Below are positions 12,763 through 28,095 of a DNA stretch of 64,000 nucleotides, one piece after another. Origin of the DNA: Amoebidium appalachense. Lineage: Eukaryota > Protista > Ichthyosporea. Under the pieces are notes generated by a model. It saw nothing but the letters and a program-made list of their open reading frames with translations, was not told the origin of the DNA and searched no databases. The stretch lies in contig CAVNZM010000008.1 in NCBI GenBank assembly GCA_963693365.1, positions 2,881,572 to 2,945,571 of the forward strand. Reading direction: 5' to 3'. The position numbers and the translations under genes were made by a program. How positions within the stretch are numbered: position 1 is the stretch's first letter; every line of letters begins with the position of its first letter.

Positions 12763-14209
12763 ATGTATAATAGGTCAAGTGCAGCCCCGACCGGCAGCAA
12801 GGCACATGGCCAAGGAGTGGTCAAGTAAGTGTACATTCCACTGTACATCCACCCACCTCCGCAAATTTTATTCCCGCCTTCGCTGACCCAAAAAAAATAG
12901 TGTTGCAGCAAAGCGAAGCCTGCTCAAGAACGTTTCCTCTACTGTAGTCATTTTCTTTCCTGTTTAGTATTAGGCCTATGTAATATGTGGTGCCACATTT
13001 TTTATTTTTTATTGGATAAATTCTGAAGAGTAATATTATTGAATCAAAGTGCCTAATCTAGCTAGTGAAATGAAACACGGTGAATGAAATGCCCACATGC
13101 CAGCTAAACTCGGGCTATAATGCAGCAAAACTGTTTTACTGTTATCGAGTTTTGTTTTGTAGAACCCCTCTTCATGACGGTGAATATGATGCCAATGATT
13201 GACTCCACATGCGGCCTCTAAAACCTGTCCCCACGCACAGGAAAATGTCAAGGCGAGAGATTGCAAACAGCAACGAACGACGCCGGATGCAGCAAATCAA
13301 CACAGGGTTTGATGCGCTGAAAGAGTGTGTGCCTGGAATCCCCGACAAGCAGAGCAAGGTACAGTAAGATTTTTCTTTGGGTGTGGTCTTTTAGGGGCTT
13401 TCCTTCTATCTCTCTTTTTTTCTTTCTGTTCTCGATATTATATTGGGCCTTCTGCCCTCACTCAGCTATCACATCAACTCAATAGGGTGTAGTTCTGGAT
13501 AATTATGAACAAAATAGTTGGATGTGTGCCACTTTAGGGCAAAATTGAATTTCACTATATCACCGATACCGGTAGCTTACGATGATGAGTTTAAAATTGA
13601 GTTCGACAACCACTCCATCCACCTACAGCATTACAACAAAATACAACTGTTCGGCAAAGGGTCTTCACCTCCGAGTCAATTTATCATGGCATATGATTAA
13701 AAATACCCACTCATTATATCATGCATTCCCACACGCAGGCAAGCATTCTTCTGCGGTCTGCCCAGTACATCAAAATACTGCAACAGCAACTGGCCATGGC
13801 CCAGCAGACGGGCCCCAAGGAGTGCCACCCCACTATGACCATGCACGTGGAGACACAGACACCCCCATCCCCATCCCGTGCAGCTCCCCCTGTGCAGCAG
13901 GTTACAGAGCCACAGGTATGGATGCTTACCCCCCCCTCACCACCCTCCCACCCCGCCCCAATAACACCCACCCTCCCACCCTCTGCACACCCTCCCCCCC
14001 CCCTCCCTTCCATTAACGCGCGTGCACACACACATGTACACATACACACACCACCCATTTTCATTCCCCACAGTGGCCACTGGCTCATTGCTGCACTACC
14101 AATAGCAAAAACTTAATTGAAGTTTGCAAATGGCATGCATATAAGGTATGCGGTGAAAGGGAACCCCGGGGCAAGAGAAGAGATGAGGTAGATGTTTGTT
14201 TGTGTGTGT

Positions 14210-14245
<36 letters not shown>

Positions 14246-14254
14246 GGGGGGGGG

Positions 14255-14286
<32 letters not shown>

Positions 14287-14882
14287 GGGGGGGGAGGGGG
14301 GAGGGGGGCAGGTGGTGTAGCCTTGGCCATGGCAATTCGGGCCAAGGCCAGCCGTTTTTCTTTTCTTTTCTTTTTCTTTCTTCTTCTTCTTCTTTTTTTT
14401 TGGGGGGCCCCAGGAGGAAGGGGGGGGGGGGGGGGGAAGGGGGCATCGATCGGGACTATCGAAACCAAACTGAGTATGCATGTGCGGCTAGCTGTGTGAA
14501 GCCAGTGGCCTCCGGTTGACTTACAGGAAACTTTCCAAGCCTTATCGCCTGGCCATCCTCAACTCTCATTTATGCATTCCCCCCCCCCCCCCCCTCCCTA
14601 CCCTCCCTCTCTCTCTCTCCCCCCAAACCCCCCCTCTCCCCCCCACTTCGTCTACTCAATCGCACGAACTTACATATGCATATCGTGGCAGCTGAATCTT
14701 CAAAAACGAGCGGAGGAGTTGGAGAAGTTGTATGAGATGGAACGGCAGAGAAACAGTCAGCTGGCAGAAAGCATCTCGGTGCTGTCCCAAAAGGTGGGTG
14801 TGCATGTGTTTGTAGCAACGACCACATGCGAAACGGTTAGTCTATGATCGTCCGTGCTTTTGGCATGTTGGAAGAGATGTTT

Positions 14883-14915
<33 letters not shown>

Positions 14916-15806
14916 GCAAGTGCAAATCTGTTATAAGACACCTCCTTTCGAAGAAGTCGGCCTTCTTTCAATAGTATCTACATTTCTTTCGAAGTCGGCA
15001 CACATTTAGAGGGGGGGGGGGGGGGGGGGGATGCTGCCAATCTGGTGCTTGTATGAATAGGTACAGCAACGCACAGGCCCCCACAGACACTGTGACGTCA
15101 TCTCTGCAGGGTCATACATACACAGGCACACAAACGGTCACATACACCTGAGCCTCACAGTTTTACCTTCTCACAGATCAAAGACCTGCAAGAACAATGT
15201 GCGCGCTACCTTCCATCGCCTATATCATTACCCCAAACTCCACCGAGGGGTAGCCCCCCCACCATGCCCATGCCATCCCCCCACATACCACCAACCTGCC
15301 ACCCAACCATCTCACCGGCCCTAACACCATGGGAGCCGCCAATGTCAGCACCCACCCCCCTATCTATGCAACCCCTCCCGCCACAAGCCGACACGCACTC
15401 GTGGCAGCCAAACGTTTCGGCCCGGCCCGACCCGAGTATCAGTCACAGCATGTGGTACCCCCCGCAACAACAACCGGCGGGCACGGGCAGCGACCCAGCC
15501 ACCGATGCTCTTCCTCCACATGCACGCATGTCGATCAGTTCTTTTGTGTCTTCATATTCTGAAACCAAAAACCCATCAAGCCCCAGGCAGGCACCAGCAC
15601 ATGCAAACGGCTCTGGCCAGCCGTATACTTTGATCGGTACACAACAGGTGGCGGGAGTAGAAGGTGGGCATGGGTGGGGTTGGGGCGGATATGATAAAGT
15701 GAGCGAGGGTTTAGGGGTGTCGCGGCGGGCCAGCGGGGCCAACAATCTGGACACACTGGTGGAGGCAATGCAGCATGTGGAGCAGGCAAGCAGATTGGCC
15801 GGCCAG
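12763..15806 (+). CDS. TFAP4: AP-4 (TFAP4)-like bHLH-leucine zipper transcription factor; last exon uncertain
   Basis: Exons 12763-12824, 13241-13358, 13739-13915, 14692-14793, 15177-15806, phases consistent. bHLH RREIANSNERRRMQQINTGFDALKECVP...SKASILLRSAQYIKIL; second coiled coil LQKRAEELEKLYEMERQRNSQLAESISVL; C-terminal NNLDTLVEAMQHVE like the AP-4 NLDTIVQAIQHIE motif. End could be read-through to 15857 or a further exon from about 16068 or 16234. Confidence 0.85.
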
Positions 15807-18112
15807 GTGTGTGTGTGTGTGTGTGTGTGTGTCTCTGAGGTCAAGGTGTTTGCTTGAAGCTAGATGTGTATATTTTGTCTCCCTGACGTCGAAGGGTAGA
15901 GGAGGGGTTGGGGGAGAGGGGGGGGGGGGTAATGAAGGAGAGAGGTGAGGGGGTGGCGGGAAGGGAGAGGGGGGGTGGGGAGGGGATTGAGGCAAGGAAG
16001 TGAGGGACGGAGGCTACATAAATTTAACTGTGTACCTGTGTGTGTGAGTGTGTGTGTGTGTGCACAGGATGGTGTAAGTGTTTTTCACCTTGCATCTGTA
16101 CATTGTGTGTTAAACAGTTTGTGCATGCTGCTCAATGAATGTGGCCAAGCCTTCACATGGCCAGTAGCTGAAGCGCAAAAAAAAAAGGAATAGCTTGGAC
16201 TTTGTGGCTGACGCCGATTTCTTTTATTACAGGGCCAGGAACGTTCGTGGGCATAAAGTCTTGCCAACGGTCGGACCGAGCCTCTAGGCCATTCTACAGT
16301 GCACGTGTCGACCACCCGGCTGCCAGTTCACACCGACAAAATGAACAAGCTGACCCGAGCTATGACGGACATTTGTCGCTAGCGCTTATAGGGGGAAACA
16401 AACATATCACAGCTGACTGTTTAAAGGGTGAAATATGTATGTTGCAGCTGGCAACGCTGGGATTAATTATCATGATTTTAGTGTAGTAAGTAAAATAGCG
16501 ACATGAACTCTAAATCTGAATGGAAATCTTTTTTGAGACTGTGCACATGTACACTGTACAAAGTCCCAATTACTAGGTCAGTTTCAACCGATCTCCTTTC
16601 AGTATATATAAGACAGCATGGCATGGCATTTACTACAGATGGTGCTCACATATTCACGTGTGTTTACTTGATTTAACAACAGTCGGGCAGTGGCCAGTAT
16701 TGAACAGTATTTTGATCAATGTGCATGGAGTGTTGTTTATTAATTAAGTTCTTGCCGTAGAGACTCGTTATGTGTTGCATTCGTATTCGGGATATGCTTG
16801 CAGGCCACAACTGTGCTATTACACACCACACGACCGTTGCTCCGCAGTATGTAAGGCATTTTTGAATTTGAAATGGGGGGGTGGGCAGTAGTAAGTATTG
16901 AGAACCGGAGGTTCACGCACGGTTTTATTCTTTTTTCTACCTCTCTTCCTCAATATATCCGTTTTAAAATGACTATCCTAGACCACCTTATTAATGCTGC
17001 ACAGTATGATATTGTGATACGGTGTCTTAACTTTCTTTCGGAGCTACCGATGCTAGCCTCTGCTTAACCATAATGTGTAATAGGGGTGTCGTATACTAGG
17101 ATGGCGCTAATTGTTGCTTAGCATGTACATATGTCACTAGCTGCATTTAATTGGCTGCGCTGGAAAACGCAGTATGCCGTCGTGTGCGGCTGGGCCCCCG
17201 ACAGTGTCCACGCAATAAATAGTGTGTAAACCCCCCCGTATTGAGGCCCCCCCTGGTGGTGGGTCCCCCCCCCCCCCCCCCCCTCCGGGGGGAGAGGGGA
17301 CCGACCTCTTTGGTGGGGCGGTGGGTCCCCCCCCCCCCTCCCCCACGCATGGGGAATCCAACGGAACCCTCCGCGCCGGCCGCGGCTGCGTACTCTCTCA
17401 AGAGCGGCTCGTTCCCCCCCCCCCCCCCCCCCACCACCACCACCACCACCACCTTCCTCCCCCCCTCTCATCCACCACCATCCCCAACATTACGTTTGTA
17501 CTAAGTCTTCTTCCCTTCCGTTTAACCAAGTCTTCGAATTTTTGACAAAGTTAGGGCAAATCTATCATGCACAACATGTCACTGGGAGTGCGGTGTAGAA
17601 GTGCAATGGGACCATGTGTGTATGTCTCCTTAAGGTGGGCGGGCATTCGGCACTGCTAATCACTGTGGTGGCCTGACAGTGTGCAAGTAACTTACTGACG
17701 TCGTGCCACATTTGCAAGCTGTGTGGACGCAATGCGCTTAGCATGTGCAGAATTACATGGCATTTCACGTCTGTGCTAGAGAAGAGGGTGTGTGCACACG
17801 TGTGGGTGTCATTGTGCATGTGTGTCTCAGTGCGTGTTTGCCTGTGTGTGCGTTTGTGTGCATATGTGTTCGTGTGTTGTGTGTGTGTGTGTCAGTGATT
17901 GAGAAAGCTCCCAAATTTTCTGGCACAAATCTACACGCGCGCATGCGCCTTCCGTGGTATGTGTGTCTGGATTGCCATTATATCACGATGTGTGTGTGTG
18001 AACGTTAACGGTTGCTCAATTGTGAATGATGAGCATGCATGATGGCGCACGAATGGATGAAATTGCGTCAGACAAATAAACGGGGGGGGGGGGGGGGGGG
18101 GGGGGGAAGGGG

Positions 18113-18169
18113 GGGGATAGATAAAGAGCGAAAAAGAGGGCGCAGTGGTGGTGTGATGGTGGTGGTGGT

Positions 18170-18206
<37 letters not shown>

Positions 18207-18276
18207 GGGAGAGGGGGAGGGGGATAGATAAAGAGCGAAAAAGAGGGCGCGGTGGCGGTGTGGTGGTGGTGGTGGT
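18113..18276. repeat. Direct duplication separated by a G-run
   Basis: GGGATAGATAAAGAGCGAAAAAGAGGGCGC-(GGT)n occurs twice. Confidence 0.85.
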
Positions 18277-18606
18277 GGGGGGGGGGGGGGGGGGGGGGGG
18301 GGGGATAAGGGGAAGCAGGTAGCTATAGAGAGGAAAAAAGGAATTCAGAATGTGTGCCACGTGTGTGCGCGCGCATCATCATACAGAGAATAGCATATTA
18401 CCCTACGGCAGTCTGTGATCATGAGCATATTGGAGAGCGTGCGCACACGTGTATGTGCCTGCGTGTGCAAGGGTACTTTACGGTACATTGTCGAGAAAAT
18501 CAGTGGTCATGAGCAACCAGTCATTGCGGCCTTGGTATGAGATCCTAAGGGGCGTAGAGAGGGGAGGCCCCCACGGGCCAGCGGTCGTACGCGGGAATGG
18601 AGGGAG

Positions 18607-18638
<32 letters not shown>

Positions 18639-19709
18639 TGGGGGGGTGGGGGGAAAGAGGGGATGCCTAGCTAGTAAGCAGGTCCAATTCGAGCCAGGGC
18701 CTGATAATTGATACCAATTAGTGGATGTATAGAATTCGAAGGTGCCAATACCAATATGTTTTCAAGCTGGTATCCAATATACATACTACTATATATTAGT
18801 CATATTTGGGTAGCCCCCTCCTCCCCTCCTCCCCCCCCCCCCCCCCCCCGAGGTGGCCCATCCCCCCCCCTCCCCCCTTCCCCAGCCAGCGGAGGGGTGG
18901 TGGGTCCCCCCCCCCCCCCCCCCCCCAAACTTACTACTACCCCCCTCCCCGTTTCAAAATCAAAAAATCCTAACATGTTTGGAACTAGCAAATAAAGCTT
19001 TAGAGTGCTCATAGAGTTGTGTGGTGCAAGGCTTAGCAACGAAACAGACGCCGAGTATGCATCATACCATGGCCATGTGCAAGAACACACTGACGGACTG
19101 ACCAATCCGTTCCTCTCTCAGGGAAACAAACCACTTTCGATTCGGTTCTGACCTAAGTGTGAAAAGTGTAGTGTAGGCATGTGAAATATGCACACAAATC
19201 GAAGGGGGGAGCTCAGAAGGCAAAAATATGTACAGATTCAAGTTGCTAACTTGCTACTAGCGCTAGTAGTATTTGATCATGACTACAGACGGCGCCGGCG
19301 TCGGGTGCCGTGGCGGCTGGCCAGTGACACTCATGAATGAATATTCCTATTTCTTTGGTTGTGTTATAAAACTGATGACGCGTGCACTCACGTGCACACT
19401 GTACAGCCTTTTTTTTTTTTTTTTTTTTTTTTTTTGAAAAAATAGGCAGTACTAACCCACCTACATGTACCTACCACAGCGTAGGTCTGGCCGGCGCCGC
19501 CGGCTCAGGTTCTTGAACATGTGTTCAAGCAATATTTAGTGACACGAACGTTTTTGCTGCATGTAATCATAGTAGACTAAATTGAGTGACTGACAGACAC
19601 AACCTGAAAGACGTACATAATTATTAGGGGTTAGTAGGCCCACAGGGTGTGTACACGTGTGCACGTGCCGTGTCACGGTGGGATATCGATGGGGGCGGGG
19701 GAGCTCGAG

Positions 19710-19749
<40 letters not shown>

Positions 19750-19898
19750 GGGGGGAGGCCCGGGAGCTCGAGGGGCGAGGGGCTAAGAGGAGAGGAAGAG
19801 AGAGGAGGTGGAGGGGACGAAAGACAACATATGTAACGAGGAAACCTGCTGGCCCAACCTCGCTTTTTGTTCGGGCCGGAAAAAAAAAAAAAAAAAAA

Positions 19899-19967
<69 letters not shown>

Positions 19968-22653
19968 GTGGGGGGCCGGGGTTGTTCGATCTCAGGGTAG
20001 TTTCAACATAGGGTTGTTCTATCCCAGGCTGTACTGTACTTCAGTGCACTGCACGTTGCATATGGCATGGTAGTACTACAGGATCATGGCCACAAAAATA
20101 CGGAAACTAACACCAAAAAGAAAAGAATAAATAATGAAAAACAAGACTTATTAGTAATAGGCCATCAACCATGGTACCGGATTGTGAAATAGCCAAATTT
20201 GCCTGGAAACCAAGCACATGCCTCAAAAATGTGTGGCACATGTACAGTGTGTGCATGCCATTTTCTCAACTCATGTCATCGTTGCCCACGGCACGTGCAC
20301 CATTTGCAAGGCTTGCACAAACGTGCACAAGAAAGCAAACGAGAAAAAGGAAAAAAGTGTAGTATACAGCTGTACATAATCCTCATAACCATCAACCAAC
20401 GATATAAATGCGCTTCCCGGGCCTGCATTCATGGCATGCTGTACTACTACAATTTGATGACAAATTGGGCTCGGCCGTGGGCAAACATGTTTGCAAGCGC
20501 ACACGAGTGTATCTTTTTTTAAAGTGGCCCCAAGCCTCAGCCTTTGAAAGAGTGTAATCATCCTTTTAAAATCGAAATAGTCGGGCCTTTCTTTGTCGCT
20601 AGCATTTTTGAATGCCATAATCACAATCACAAGTACCAACGCGTTCCGGGGCTTTAGCTTCTTGACACTTCTTCAGGGTAAACTTTGAAGTCATGCAGAA
20701 ACCTGCTACCTTTGGAGGTAGCTCTTATTTTTCAAGGCTGACAAAAACTTCCCTTCCGAAGCGACTGATCACGCGCCAAACTCATACCCTTGAAAAATAG
20801 AGTATAGTTTATCATACGCCAGAGTTTAGTTTATCATACGGCGGCTGAGGCAACAGTTGCACGTGGTAGTGCAGAAACTTCGTGCCCTGCAACTGCAGGG
20901 GTGACGTGACACGTGACACGTGTACGAGTCGCGTTCCACGAACTGCGCAGTGCGCAGGTGAATCGGGCCTGTACATGTACGTTGTATACGTATTTTTCTG
21001 ATGGAGTACATCATGTGCCACTGTATTGTAATGTTGTCCACCACCACAATTAAGGCTTACTGTTCCATTATTCTGTGCCAAGTTTCTTAGAACGCCCCGC
21101 CAAAGGCGGGGCTGTACCACCCTACTTGCTACTGTAGCTACGGTAGTATTGACATGGCCAACTTGGGCAGAAGTAAACAAAATACCACAGATTCCATTGA
21201 AAATAGACTCGTTCCTATTGGGTTATCTTAGGTATGGTATGTACCGTCATCGATCGCAGAAGCGTATGATTGGCAACTGTTGCATTCTTGAGACAATAAA
21301 ACTTTCAACGGGCAGGGCTGTGCAACCTGCGCAGCTTCGGCGCGCCCGTTGAACTTCTGCATGATGATATCCTCGAAAGCAGCGCATTTACAGAAGAAAA
21401 ACCAGAAACCGCTGTGCTTTTAATATGATATACTTTCGAAATACGCATTAATTCTTATGAAAGTTATGAACAAAATCGAGGGAATGGCCTGTTTGGTAGC
21501 GGTGGTAGCGCGGTGCGTTGCTGTTTTGCTAAGTCTGTCGGAGTCTTCTTCTTTTACTTCCCCTCCCCAAGGCTTGGCCACATCAGCCGGACATGTAAGT
21601 TTACTGACTGTTAATAATATCAGATGTTGCTTACAGGCAAGGGTAGGCTGGACAGTTACACACTTAGTTGAACGTTTCACGCTTTCATATAGCTGTGCTG
21701 AAACATCTGGTATCCAAATCCTGAATCTTTATCGGGCACCCGGGCGCCATTTCCCCATTTCTAAGCCACGCAACTCTGTTCACGCCAATACTCGACTCTT
21801 TTCACTTTCCGGTGTGGACAGGAAAACATACGATTTCCCTTTGTATTTTCAACCTATTTATGGGTGTTTAGAGCACCACACACGAAGGATTGGGCTCAAA
21901 ACCGGCTCCTTGTGACACCAAGCAGAACATTACATCGATGGTGACACGAATCGCCTTTTTGTTCCACTCATAAGATAGGGCGGAAGTTTTCAGCAACACA
22001 GTTCACGGTATTAGTTTCCGCCAAGGGTTCCATGTGCTCAGGACAGATAAGGCTTCTCATCAACAGTGCCAAGAGAGCATCTGGAGAACTGAGTGACCCC
22101 AGTGGTTTTTGAAGGGGTTACGGGAAAGGCTTGCATCAGGTACGCTTTTGGGTCACCTACTCACACCTGCAGCACACATCAGTAAAGTCTTTTTTGTTTG
22201 GTTTTCGGCGCACAGGGGCATAAACACACCTGGCGAGATAATTTTGGCAGAAGTTTGTGGCTTTCTTTACCGTGAGGTTCTAAGTTGGAACACGATCCTT
22301 AGCAGCAGTTGCATGTTGGTAAGAGATCAATCAAGGGATATATAGGAGGATATGACAGTGGGCTATTGATTTAGGGGGAATGTCAGGGAATGCGCGAGGG
22401 AGAGGGGTGGGGGAGGGGGTTGCCATGGTGCCGCTGAGAGCTACATGCTAAGCTCCTACCTGTCATGTGTGTTCCAAATTGGTGTCTTCTGAGCCCTGTC
22501 TCGCAGTCGTTCAGGTTGGTTTTTGCTTGCGAGTGATGGCAGCATCAGGAGGTTTGAAAATGGTTACGTAAATGAACAAGCTGTGGAGCATGGGCAGGAT
22601 TGGGGGACCGGGGGAAGGGGTGGGGAGGGGGGGGAAGGGCGGAAATCGGTCGG

Positions 22654-22738
<85 letters not shown>

Positions 22739-23318
22739 GTGGGTGGGGAGGGAAGAGAGGGAAAGAAACATCCAGCTTTGAATGGTTGCTCTGCCAGACA
22801 AGTTTCGTCACTCAACTTTCAGCCAAGCACACATGCACATGGTGTGCACATACTTGCACCGCGGATTTCATGGACACCTAAGATCACACTTGTAGGGCAC
22901 AAGGGCACGTGCAGTTTGTGTATTTGGTGCTTCCCTCCCTGCAGCCACAGGAACACTTATCCACGGGCATCCACAGCACATATTTGCATTTGTGCACAAA
23001 TGCTCATACACGTACACTCACACACAGGTGACTCTCTCATTGACACAGGCACATCTACAAGCAGGAACACTTACTCACTAACGGTTACACACATACACAC
23101 ACGACACAACATCACCCCACACGACCGCATCCCCCTCCACCTTCGACACATGTACACAAGGACATGTGTATACACCGAACAATCTTAACCTCTTTCATCC
23201 AACCTCCCTTCCCCACCCCCTCCCTTTCCAGACAGACACGCGCAAACACATACACACAACATACACACACACACACACACATGCGCGCGCGCACACACAC
23301 ACACAGACACACACACAG

Positions 23319-23352
<34 letters not shown>

Positions 23353-23387
23353 CGCTATCATACACCGGGGGAGTCACACCCCATTCC

Positions 23388-23825
23388 ATGCACCACACCA
23401 TGCCGCCCAAACTCCAACGGACGGCATGTGGTGACATGTGCGTCGTTGTTGGTGCCTTGGACCCAAAAATTCGCTATGTTGGGAGGGTGGAAAGGCGGGC
23501 CTCGGGAATAGTGAGATATGATTGGGCAGGGGTGACAATTCGCACGAGGGTAAAAGGAGGAGGAAATTTTTGCGTTCTGATGAATGGTGGGGGGAATTAT
23601 TTTGAAGTGCGGATGAACGGCATTTTGTGTTCGCTATTGTGTACGTCCTATGACACGCGCGAGTATTGTCTGTTGGCGGAGCTACCGGTGGACAAGGTAA
23701 ATAGTGGTGGTGCTTGCTGGCAGAGTGATTGTTGTGTGGGTATGGATGTGGATTGGTGAGTTTATATTTAAAGGGAGGGGGTGGAAGGGGTGGGGATAGG
23801 GGAAGGTGGAAGAGAGGGAGGGGGC

Positions 23826-23858
<33 letters not shown>

Positions 23859-26800
23859 AGGGGGAGGGGGGGGGGGTGTTGATGGTGTATGCATTTGGTT
23901 CTGGTGTGTGTCTGTGTGTGGGCGGTGGGGTATGCACACGAGAGTGTTTCAAGGTGTGGACGTGTGTGAGTAAGTGCAGGCCGGTGGTGTGTGTGGCTGG
24001 GGGTGCGGGAGCAAGCACGTTTGGGTGCATGAGTTTTTGTGCATTACGAGTCCGTGCTTCCCATAGTGAACGCATCACCCCATATATAGCTACACATGTA
24101 CTTGAAGCAGGGGGCTTGCGTGTGGGCAGTTCTTTCGTAAGCTTCTCAAATTTTTGTTTTGTGGTATGCAGGTCTGTGCAAAAAAATGGGTGTTCACTGC
24201 ATATTGCTTACACCATTCGGTCTTGGACGGGTTTAGATAGTCACACACACACTGCTGCCTTAATCAGCCTAACATGACCTACAGGAACGCTTCTGGATTT
24301 CATAGCATTCCTCACGATGATCTCAAGGCGTCCTTGGTACGACTCGTTACTTACGACAAACTCTGACTGCCCTTACATGTGCTCTTTTAATTTTCTGCCC
24401 CTCCTAGCCTCTTTACCTCTTCCCCCATCACCCTATCCCCCTCCCTCCGTACTCCATGGCACATTTAAAACCCTCCCCCCCCCCCCCCCCCCCCCCCCCC
24501 CAACCTGTTTGGATTCAAACCAACACAAACACTAAACACTCTCCAGCACTGATACTAGCACGCATACCCTTCTCCATTGCTACACGCCCATGCCCCTGTT
24601 TTTCAACCACCACTAACTTCTCAAACCTTTTTCTTTCCCACAGGTTGCGTTGATCGAGATAGTCAAACGCACCGAACCTGTAGTGCAAACAATCATCACA
24701 AGCAGCCGGCCGGTAGAGGTGGTGTGCTTTTACATTTCGCAAAGCACACAACTATTGAATCCGGATCAGGGCAGGCCCACACGCAGGCTCGAATTTATTG
24801 GAAATTCGGACACAACAGGATTTGGTGTGGAGGGTGAGAAGAGTGGGGGATTCAGTTTCTGGTCCTTGGATCCAGCGTAATGAGCCCCCCCCCCCCCCCC
24901 CCCCCCCCCCCGGACACACACACACATACACACGCACACACACTTCTTTCCGCCTTATGGGGTGCCTTTTACGGCATGTATGTGTGTAGGTGGGTGCGGG
25001 TATTGACTGTACGTTTTATCTCTCTCTCCTGCCTCTCCCTCTCTCTCTTTCTCTCTCTCTCTCTTTCTGTGTGTGTGTGTGTGACTGTGTGTGTGTGTGC
25101 GTGTGTGTGTGCGTGTGCGTATGTGTGTGTGTGTGTTCGTGTACGTGTGTGCTCGTGTATGTGTGTGTTCATGTGTGTGGCACGTGCATTGTGCATGCCA
25201 ATGCACGAGCCGATGTGCTGTGTGTGTCTGTCTCTCTCAGATGTGTTTGGTGTGTGTTTCGGTCCGTGTTCGTGTCCGTGCCTGTTTGTGTCTTTGTGTG
25301 TGCATGCGCGCACTGTACAGGTTGCCCTAGGTGTGCTTGTATTTGTGTGTCTGATATTAGTGCACTTCTTTGTACTATTCATGGTGTGTCACACGCACAT
25401 CACTTCTTCGGGTACATGGCCGTGTTTTTTCCTGTAATTCCCGTTTGGAGGTTACGGGCAGTCTATGGTGGTGTTTATGTGGTGCCTTCTTCTTGCAGGC
25501 TTGTGAAATGCCACTCAGATGAATCTGTATGAAGCTAACGGGTGTGCATGCATGTGTATTTCCAGCGTATGCAACCTCACACAAACACGAACACTCACAA
25601 AAATGCTTTATGCAAACAAACACGTGCGTATGTGTAGGTGCATGTATCACGGTCGTGTTGGTCAATACCCCTCCACCCCCTGTTGTAACAAGCACCGTGA
25701 GCACATAGTTTCTGAATGGGACATGTAGCGCGGGTACACGAACACAAATATAGACACACGTTCACACACAGGTTCACACGGGCACGAAAATGCGCGCACA
25801 CACAGACATGCGGGTATGCGCGCCCGCAAACACTCGCTCACTCACTCACTCCCCCCCACCCCATCACCACCACCACCGCCACTACACGCACACACACACA
25901 CACGCATGCACGTACACACGCACACACACTCTCTCTCTCTCCCTCCCTCCCTCCTTCTCTCTCTCTCTCTCTCTCGCTCACCCACTAGCCCTCACTCACT
26001 CACCCCCTCTCCCCCCTTCCCCCCCCCCCCCCCCCCCCCCCCTCCCCCACCACCACCACCATACACACAAACACACACACACACTCACCCCCCGCCCCTC
26101 TCCCCCCCCCCAACACGCACACAGCACCAGCAACATAGCACGAAGTTTTGCCTGGCTCACCTCAGCCTATTTTGGTGCCGAGGGTTCATACTGTGCCTAC
26201 TCGGGAAAGGCTGTCAACACAAACCCCCTGCTGGACCTCTTTGGCTATACCATTGCTGACCTCTACCCACGGACACTCGCCAGTGAAAAAGTGGGTGGTT
26301 TCTTAAGAAACATAGCATCCATCCTCTGTTTGAAGTGAGCGGTTCTGCTGACACCTTTTAAATGGATTTTTGAGGAGGAGGGGGTTGCATGGAGAAGAAA
26401 CGGGGGTGGGGGTGGGCGGGGGCGGGGAGAGGGATGGGGGGAGGAAGATAGAAATTAAAATGGGGGAGATTGCTAGCTGGTACAGGGACTGAGACACACA
26501 ACACACTGTTTGACCCTGTGCAGAGCACACGTGTAAATCTCTTATCTCGTCCCAAGTTATATTTGTCACCTTGGCTTAACCCTTCCCCACTCCCCACCCT
26601 CCACTCTCCTCTCTTTCGTGGTCCTTTCCTGTTCAATTGGTCACTACAACGCAGAGATGCCACGTGTGCACGCATCTCACACTGTGGCACGCACGGACGC
26701 AGACACGCGCGCGCACACACCACACAGACACACACACACACACACACACACATTTATGCGCAGGCACACAAAAACAGAAAAAAACACAAACATAATTCTC

Positions 26801-28062
26801 TCATGGGGACACACCTGATGAAGGGCACTGCTCGAATCCTTTAACACCTGCACAACTGTTTTGGATTTTTATTTTTGGTGTTTTTCCTTTTGTGATTTTT
26901 TAATTTCTTTCTTCCACGTTTGTCATTCTCTTGTGTATAAATTCTCACCACCCCATCCCCCCCATCCCCCCCCCCCCCCCCCCCCTCCCCCTTCCCCCCT
27001 CCCCCCTCCGCCTACAGATACACATTCCCACCAACACCACGCGTACTCAAAAGAAAAGCAAACGAAAGAAATCAAAAGTACCACACAGTCCACGCGCGTG
27101 CACACACACACACATACACACACACACACACACACACAAACACAAACACTAACACTACCACTACCACGAACACACACCCTCACACACCAGCACGAAAACA
27201 CACTTTCCCCCTTCTTCCCCCCCCCCCAACCCCCCCCCCCTCCTCCCCCCCCAACACACACACACACACAGAACCTCGTCCACGATTTTCGCCAAGACCC
27301 CTGGGTGCCAGATGCCGTTATCATCCTAGCCGGGGCTAACGACTTCTTCACATATCCCCGACCAAACCCTGAGGCGTTTCTCGGGTCCTACATCATGTTG
27401 ATCAAGGTTATACAGAGGGCACGTCCACGCACGCCTGTGATGTGTGTGACCCTGTCACCCCATGTGCTTAATGATTCGGATGACAAGATGCACGGATATG
27501 CAGAGTTGCTCAGGTCTGTTTACATTTCCAACCACCCCCACCCCCCCACCCCCCGCCTCCCCCCTCCCCCTCCCCCTCCCCGCCCCCTTTCCCTCCTGCA
27601 TATGAGTTACACAGCCCCTTCCCCCTCCCCCTCCCCCCTCCCCCCCCTCAGTGCTTCTTGGCCACTACCCAGTGTGCATGTTCACTTGTACAAACTAAAG
27701 CTCATAAGCACTCTTACTTAAGCACATGGCAGCCCCCAGCTGCTGAGTGGATGTGCATTCTGCACAACTTTGTTGCTTTGCCCCCTCCCCTCCCCCCCCC
27801 CTCCCCCCAAACACACGCACTGCACACACGAACACACACGTGTTAGAAAAAACATACCAAAAACCCGACTCTAACCATATTCCAATTTTGTGTATTAGCA
27901 GGTATTGTGCATGCCTTAACCCATACATGGTTATCAGGCATGTGTGAACGGTCAAATCGACTTGCGCTGCCCCTTTATTTTCCTGTCCACACCCGTGTTA
28001 CCACCGGCACACCAACATGGCTAAGCTACCACCACAACTCATGTATATGCTATCACACACCG

Positions 28063-28095
<33 letters not shown>

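Noticed and set aside
20271-20639. 122-aa minus-strand ORF in the intergenic region
   Set aside because: Non-ATG start, no motif, and no phase-linked neighbouring exons found.
21457-21594. Hydrophobic ORF start with gtaagt donor as a signal-peptide exon of the esterase
   Set aside because: It ends in phase 0 while the 23353 acceptor needs phase 1, and the intervening candidate exon near 22050-22139 has stops in the frames tested.
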